Below, piece by piece: positions 58,558 to 64,000 of a stretch of DNA of 64,000 nucleotides (position 1 is its first letter; every line of letters starts with the position of its first letter). This DNA is from Bacillota bacterium (GTDB lineage Bacteria > Bacillota > Sulfobacillia > Sulfobacillales > Sulfobacillaceae): positions 2,603 to 66,602 of the forward strand of contig JAMCVM010000070.1 in the NCBI GenBank assembly GCA_023475835.1, read 5' to 3'. The position numbers and the translations under genes are program-made. A model generated the notes under the pieces. The model ran no database searches, was not told the origin of the DNA, and was given only the letters and a program-made list of their open reading frames with translations.

Positions 58558-59615
58558 GCCTCGGCAGTCACGAATGCTTCTTGGTCGGCAACCAGTCGAC
58601 CCGCAGTCAGTCCAACGGACCATAAGGGGGTTTGGGCCAGTTCCATCGATACCGCAGTCGATCGCCAGTACTGCGCCAATGCTGTAGCGGTTAAGCTCAC
58701 GGCATTGGCGCTGAGGTTTTTGTCCTTGCCCTCTAACCAGACCGCCAGCGCATCAAAGGTGTTGGCGGTCTGATTCATGACTTCGGCCAACGCGGGTTCC
58801 TCATGAAGTTTTTGCTCTTCCGCCAAATCGGCTACCACTCGAGCTATCGCTCGAACTTGGGTATGGTTCTTCTCCAAAAGCTGACTGATTTTCTGCAAAC
58901 GCCTCACCCGCCTTCGCCCTCGGGATGCCCACAAATTCCATCGCAGAGAACGCTCGGCAGCGTCAATCGCCCCATTCAGCGAGGCCAGTTGCAAGTCACT
59001 AGATCGCGCGTGAGCCCGAAGACGCGAAGGCTTGACCTCCGTGGGTGTGCGCAACCCGGTTTCAATATCTTGGACGGAGGTTTTGAGCGTGGACAACAAG
59101 ACGCCCGCCAGGCCCATCGCCGGCTCGCTTAAATCTGCAGGATGCAACAACCCATTGACCGCAATTGCCACTGCGGCTCCGACCAGGGTATCGCCCACCC
59201 GCAGCAGCCCATAGCTCAATTCTCGGTGGTGTCCCATCGACCACACCATCAGACCGGAAATAGCAATCTGCGGAGCACCTAATGTTCCCAGATTAAAAAC
59301 TTGCCCCACACCCAGGCTGACCAATACCAACAAGCCTACGGTCCACGCATTCATCCCCCAAAATGCGGCTACCGCAAATGCCACCGTAATTCCGCCGATC
59401 ACGCCTAAGATTCGCTGCGTCCCGCGCGACAAGGTTTCAGCCATGGTGATATTTATCGACAGAATAGCCGCCAACGCCGCCATATAGGGCTTGGATCGCC
59501 CCAACCACTCGACTGCCAGCCACCAGGACAATGAACTGGCGAGCGCGGTTTTGACCACGGTGCTAGTTTGGAGATAAACCTTCATCCGATGCGATCGCGA
59601 CCGAATCCAAATCAT
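58545..59615 (-). CDS. FUSC / aromatic acid exporter family membrane protein
   Basis: N-terminal 5-6 TM region (VKTALASSLSWWLA..., RILGVIGG...) and a helical cytoplasmic C-terminal half. Confidence 0.8.
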   Translation of the reverse strand: MIWIRSRSHRMKVYLQTSTVVKTALASSLSWWLAVEWLGRSKPYMAALAAILSINITMAETLSRGTQRILGVIGGITVAFAVAAFWGMNAWTVGLLVLVSLGVGQVFNLGTLGAPQIAISGLMVWSMGHHRELSYGLLRVGDTLVGAAVAIAVNGLLHPADLSEPAMGLAGVLLSTLKTSVQDIETGLRTPTEVKPSRLRAHARSSDLQLASLNGAIDAAERSLRWNLWASRGRRRVRRLQKISQLLEKNHTQVRAIARVVADLAEEQKLHEEPALAEVMNQTANTFDALAVWLEGKDKNLSANAVSLTATALAQYWRSTAVSMELAQTPLWSVGLTAGRLVADQEAFVTAEAQEP

Positions 59616-59965
59616 GGCCTTAGGCTGCGCCTAACCACGGATTTTATCCGGATGCACCGCAATGTTGTCAGGTTAAGGATAGGGGGAGCTTTTACTCTGA
59701 TGCCAATATTCGCTGTTTGACTGTAACAACCTCGGTGGGACCAGTGCTATGACACAATCGCTTTTATGGATCAAGATTTAAATAGTGGCGTGACGAACTT
59801 ATTAATCTCAGGGCGTCTCGTTAGATCCACGCGATTCCCCTCTTCGCAATTTGCACATTTTCTCTACCTGTACGGTTGCTCAGACTGGCAGTCTACCGGC
59901 ACCTCGTCAAAGCCTCAGGCCCCCATGGCCACCCCAATTCTCCGTCCGTGCACCAGCGGGCGCGC

Positions 59966-61286
59966 TCATGATTGCAGAAGAGGGTCATCGTGCTCGTTAA
60001 GTGGGTCGACCCGGCGGGCAACCCACTTATCCCCTGATGTTTTTATGCGGTCTGCCCCACAGCGACCATTCGCCTTTTCCCCCGTTGCTGAACTGACGCA
60101 ACCCCAAAGCCTGGCGTAACGCATCGCACGGATTCTCCTCGCGATGACGCTCCAAATCGTCGATGGTTTGATGGAGCCATTTCTGCCGTGGGATGCCATC
60201 GACCCTCAGGGGCTGTAAAGACGGGAGCACATCGTCCACCCGCCCCGGTTCGAGGAGCCATCGAGAGGGTGTAGCCCCTCTTTTCGAATCTCCCACCCGA
60301 CGAGGGCCATAGTGAAGCATTCGCCGCACTGCTTCTGGAGATGATACCGATCAGCGCGTCCGTACCGATGGGGCCCAGTCAAACCCCTGCCCAACGGCTC
60401 TATGCAGCGCCCGAGCGCCATCGGCAAAGAACTGGATTCCCCACGTGGTCAACCCGTCCTGAACCAGCCAAAACGCCCAGAGGACCCGGAGGCCCGTTTC
60501 AGTATCCCTCCCCCCCAAGATATCATGGTCCGCCGACCTCTGGTATGCGCAATCATATGATGCGCCCGTTTAAGGCGATCGGCCTCTTTTGGAGCTTCGG
60601 TACGGGGGGATCATGCTTCATCCTTCCCCGGCAGGAGAGCCTCGGTGGCGCTTCCTGACTCGGCCAAATGGGCTTCTTAGGGATCCGCCTGGGCGGCGGG
60701 TGCCACTGGGAAATTCGGATGCCCTTGATGCTTTTTGATGCTTACATCGTCAATGCCAATGTTGATCACTCGGTTGGAATCTTCGTAAGAAGTCGTGCGC
60801 GACCTAGGCCGGTATTTGCGGGTCGTCTGACTTTCCCGCATGATACTCTGCCATCGCCGCGTCAAGCACGCTTTGGGGTAGCCGGCCTTGATCGTCTGCG
60901 AGTGGCTGGAGCGCACTGTCCGGGGTCGTACCCCTTCGGCTGTAAAATGGTACTGAGTCCAAGTCGTAACCGTTTTCTGATCGATCCAGGGTTCAACGGC
61001 CGGCCCCTTCCCGTTTGACCCGGTATGGATGGGGACTCCGAAGCAACGTTCCTCTGTACTGGACCTGAGCGGTTTCGGCGAGTTGTCGCGTCATGTGTTC
61101 CGCCTGCCGACAATAGGTTTCAAGTTGGCGCGAATGAAAGACGCGTAAGAGTGCCTGTTCCATTTCATCCAGACAGTGCGGCCCGGCAGCGGACACATCG
61201 GCTTCCATGGCGACGGTCTGCGAGGTGCCCTCGGCATTCTCGATTATCAACGTGAATGGGGTGTGAGGGTAGACCTCCTTGGGGAG
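59966..61286 (-). pseudogene. Multiply frameshifted DDE transposase pseudogene (ISKra4/ISLre2-like architecture; family uncertain)
   Basis: Consecutive minus-strand fragments in different frames. N-terminus: FTLIIENAEGTSQTVAMEADV...LDEMEQALLRVF. Middle: RVINIGIDDVSIKK. C-terminal-like: WLHQTIDDLERH...ALRQALGLRQFSNGG, then SGDKWVARRVDPL. Confidence 0.5.
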
Positions 61287-61935
61287 CTACCCTTATCTAG
61301 CTCCGCCCCTTTGTCCACCCTCAATCGGTTCGCTGACCGCGGCTCGTCTCTTGCGCAATCAGAAGCGCGACCGCTGGGGCACGGACGAACAATTGGAGGG
61401 CAATGGGTGCCCTGATGCTTTGGCGAGGTGGCGGTAGGCTGCCAATCTGAACAACCGAAGAGGTCGATATTTTTCTATTTTTCAATAGTCGTTTATAGCA
61501 TGCACGCTTTGTGTATTGCTGGTGAGTTCGCAGAAGAAAGGAATGGCTTACATTCGCTAAGGAGGAAGGCGTAGCATCATACGCGGACTAAGCGTCTCTG
61601 CAGGCCCTTTTCTTACAAAAAGTCTCCCGTCAACCCGGGATCTGCGGCGCCATGGTTCGGTTGGATTTCCGGGTACACCGACACCCCCAACCAAGCGACC
61701 ATTGTCGGTCACAAACGCCGCCCAAAAACCTATCGGTTGCGGTATCCCAGGTCCATTTGCTGACTCCCTCCTCTCGCCTTCTCAGCATCACCCTCCCATC
61801 CGTCGCCTCACGCAGCGAATAAGTGCTGAGACGACATCCCCTGCAGCATGCCTGGTCTGCGACCAAGGCGGGGCAATCCTGCGCGAGTCTGTTGAGGCCC
61901 ATGTGATATGCTTACTGTGAAAGGAGCGTCGCTCT

Positions 61936-62733
61936 ATGCCTGAGTCCCTTGACATGTTACTTCAACGCGTGACCATGCAACAACAACACATTGCCCAGGC
62001 GCGGCCTTTGCCTGGAGCGACGCTTCGCAGCTTGCTGGATGATTTCCTCATTCGCTTCGCCCATGATACCACCGCCCTCGAAGGGAATACGCTCACCTTG
62101 CACGAAACACAAGTGGTGTTGGAACATGGCATCACCATCGGAGGGAAAACGATTCGGGAACACCTGGAAGTCACGAATACCGCAGTGGCGTGGCATGCAT
62201 TGGAACAATGGGTGCGATCTGCGGATCCCCTGACCGAAACGGTGATTACTCATCTGCACCGAGTGACGATGCAGGGTATTCTCGACGACGACGCAGGTCG
62301 CTACCGGACGGTTCCCGTTTTTATTCGCGGATCCCGACATGTTCCGCCCAATCCCCTTCGAGTACCGGACGCCGTGGCGGACTTTGTGAAACGGTTTGCC
62401 GACCGCCCCGAGCCCTTGCATCCGATTGTCTTTGCCGCGCAAGCCCATATTCAGCTTGCGGCTATCCATCCATTTGTCGATGGAAACGGGCGGGTCTCGC
62501 GCCTTCTGGTGAATGGTTGTTTGTTGCGTGACACCTATCCGCCCGCATCCTATCCCGCCACATCCCGAGCGGAATATTTCACCGCCTTGGAACGCGCACA
62601 AATCACCGGGGACAACATTGAACCCTTTGTTTACGTGACGGCGGAAGCGGTCGACTGGATGCAACAGCGTTATCTCCTCGCTATTCGCCAAACTTTGGAT
62701 CCCGGTCGCTCACGTTCAGGGCCTCAACGCTGA
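61936..62733 (+). CDS. Fic-domain protein (class II, with internal inhibitory helix)
   Basis: Active-site motif HPFVDGNGRVSRLL and N-terminal inhibitory motif TTALEGN ([ST]xxxE[GN]). AAAGGAG RBS. Confidence 0.9.
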   Translation: MPESLDMLLQRVTMQQQHIAQARPLPGATLRSLLDDFLIRFAHDTTALEGNTLTLHETQVVLEHGITIGGKTIREHLEVTNTAVAWHALEQWVRSADPLTETVITHLHRVTMQGILDDDAGRYRTVPVFIRGSRHVPPNPLRVPDAVADFVKRFADRPEPLHPIVFAAQAHIQLAAIHPFVDGNGRVSRLLVNGCLLRDTYPPASYPATSRAEYFTALERAQITGDNIEPFVYVTAEAVDWMQQRYLLAIRQTLDPGRSRSGPQR

Positions 62734-62989
62734 AGCGATGGGCCGCAACGGCGAAATGCGATGCCCGAAATGACTCAAGTGGCCAAGCCCCCCACCACGC
62801 CACACGTTACGGTACAACCCATAGCTCAAGTGACGGACTCTACCGTAAGCGCAATGAATCCAGGAGAGCCTCTGACATAAGTCGAAAGTCCTCACTGACC
62901 ATCATCCATCGTTCCAATCCCCGACATCCACCTTGACGCATCCTATCAAGGCGCTAGTACAGTGTGGGGTTAATACCTAATCACCCCGC

Positions 62990-63680
62990 AACTTTGAATC
63001 TCGAGTGCGGTATATACCGCTATTAACACCGTTCAGCGTTTTGAAACGAGCGGTGGTCGGCCCAGAGTCCATTCACATTTAGTGGATTTGTCTTCGAATG
63101 AGAACCTCTCGATTTTTGAGGACGGAACCCATGGTGAGCAACCGATGGGCGTTTGCGGCCTCTTGAGGGCAAACGCTCGAATCCATCAAAGGCTAGCGGC
63201 CATGTTCTTCATCCAGGGGGTGGGCCTTGCAGGGTTAGTGTTAGCATGGTAGGCCCCCCGTCGTGGCGATCCAAGGCCAGAACTGCGAGCGCCAACACCA
63301 TGCACGTCCGCGCATGGAAGTCCTTCCTGCCGACGCATCGCTGGCGTTCCTAGGCGTCTCGCGATAGCTCTGGTGCGTTTCGACCAAGATCTGTGCTGCG
63401 ATATCTCGGAGATGCGGGACCAGGGGTCCCCACGGTGCGAGGAGCATAGAAACCACAACCAGATCCCTCCGTACCAGAGCACCGCGCTCCCTGGATTGGG
63501 TGCCCTGCTTGGGGTGGCCAAGGCAAGGCTCCAGTCCCAGAGCTCGATCCATCGGAGGCCAGGCCAGCCCAGCCCTATTTTGAGCCCGGTGTCGACTGGT
63601 CGCGTCTAGCGTTTGGTGTCCGACAACCCAATACTCCCAGGTTTGGTGGGAGGAACGGGTGCGAGGCCACTGGTTCAAAA
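62990..63680 (-). pseudogene. Degraded IS630-family transposase N-terminal region
   Basis: Frame fragments LLAPWGPLVPHLRDIAAQILVETHQSYRE (compare A.G.S.REIAAQLGVS..TV.RW) and VAHHGFRPQKSR (compare L.R.GF..QKPR). Several stops and frame changes. Confidence 0.4.
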
Positions 63681-63759
63681 GGAGCCACCAAAGTCGATTT
63701 GGGGGAAGTGCGACTTCCGATGCGGTCCTACGACTAGGTGCGATAGGTGTCGATCCCGG

Positions 63760-64000
63760 TCAGACTTGGAATAACTTGCCACGATATGTCCATTTAAACG
63801 GGTGCGCCAAGTGCTCGTTATCATAGTCGATAAACTCTTGAATGCGCTGTTCCAGCGCGGCCACCGAGGAAAAACCCGCGCGCTTATTCAACACGCGGCG
63901 CACCAAAATACTAAACCAACACTCGATTTGATTTAACCACGAGCAATGCTTCGGCGTATAGAGAAAGCGGATGGAATGGGTAGGATCTTGCAAAAAGGCC
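63760..64000 (-). CDS. IS630-family transposase, C-terminal part (gene continues past the window end)
   Basis: YTPKHCSWLNQIECWFSILVRRVLNKRAGFSS...HPFKWTY is the DDE_3 C-terminal signature. The stop is at 63760. Confidence 0.85.
   Translation of the reverse strand, partial: AFLQDPTHSIRFLYTPKHCSWLNQIECWFSILVRRVLNKRAGFSSVAALEQRIQEFIDYDNEHLAHPFKWTYRGKLFQV

Noticed and set aside
61573-61920. ORF upstream of Fic as a possible antitoxin or partner
   Set aside because: The only good RBS (AAGGAGGAA, ~61559) is followed by ATC/ATA rather than a normal start. The translation is Pro/Ser/Arg-rich, and the Fic protein carries its own inhibitory motif, so no partner is required.
1-64000. CRISPR arrays, rRNA genes, tRNA genes, prophage or defence-system gene sets
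   Set aside because: I saw no regularly spaced direct repeats, no rRNA-like conserved strings, no complete cloverleaf, and no nuclease/helicase/methylase-type gene clusters on manual reading.

Overview
Manual reading only; no searches were run. Family names come from motif recall, and start codons were chosen by eye from RBS context. The window is a moderately GC-rich chromosomal segment whose gene order looks Firmicutes/Clostridia-like, possibly a spore-forming acidophile such as Sulfobacillus (the taxon is inference). It holds about 55 protein genes. I found no rRNA, tRNA or CRISPR array. Layout: (1) 1-1.1 kb holds decayed transposase debris. (2) 1.3-14.5 kb is a 15-gene co-directional minus-strand block: yqeG-aroE-prepilin peptidase-aroC-aroK-aroB-gcvT-gcvH-gcvPA-gcvPB-glyA-aroQ-Xaa-Pro peptidase-efp-acidic Zn-ribbon protein. 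(3) 14.6-20.2 kb is sufC-D-S-U-B plus a Rieske ferredoxin, followed by a 550-bp ORF-free GC-rich spacer. (4) 20.7-22.1 kb is an SPFH-like gene plus a helical partner. (5) 22.2-26.5 kb is a quinol oxidase (qoxABCD type, no CuA ligands) plus a possible 49-aa membrane ORF. (6) 27.4-33.6 kb holds an amidase-domain protein, two peroxiredoxins, a sugar isomerase/oxidoreductase pair and an MFS transporter. (7) 33.6-35.9 kb is a three-gene operon of unknown function encoding two tandem-YbjQ proteins; ilvD follows. (8) 38.2-43.7 kb looks accessory: a CAP-domain protein, a Cys/Thr/Val-rich beta-type protein, a Trp-rich unknown, an MmyB-like regulator, a Cys-less rhodanese and a 1.2-kb ORF-free region. 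(9) 43.7-59.6 kb holds a fused glcD-glcE plus glcF, a cysteine synthase family gene, a DHH phosphoesterase, a quinone oxidoreductase, a cyclophilin, an LMW-PTP, a DUF89 protein, envelope genes, a HesB-like gene, a DUF445 protein, ppa and a FUSC-type exporter. (10) 59.6-64 kb is an IS graveyard around a class II Fic gene. The best candidates for something undescribed are the YbjQ operon, the 1.2-kb non-coding region upstream of glcDE, and the Cys-rich/Trp-rich divergent pair. None can be assigned a function from sequence alone.
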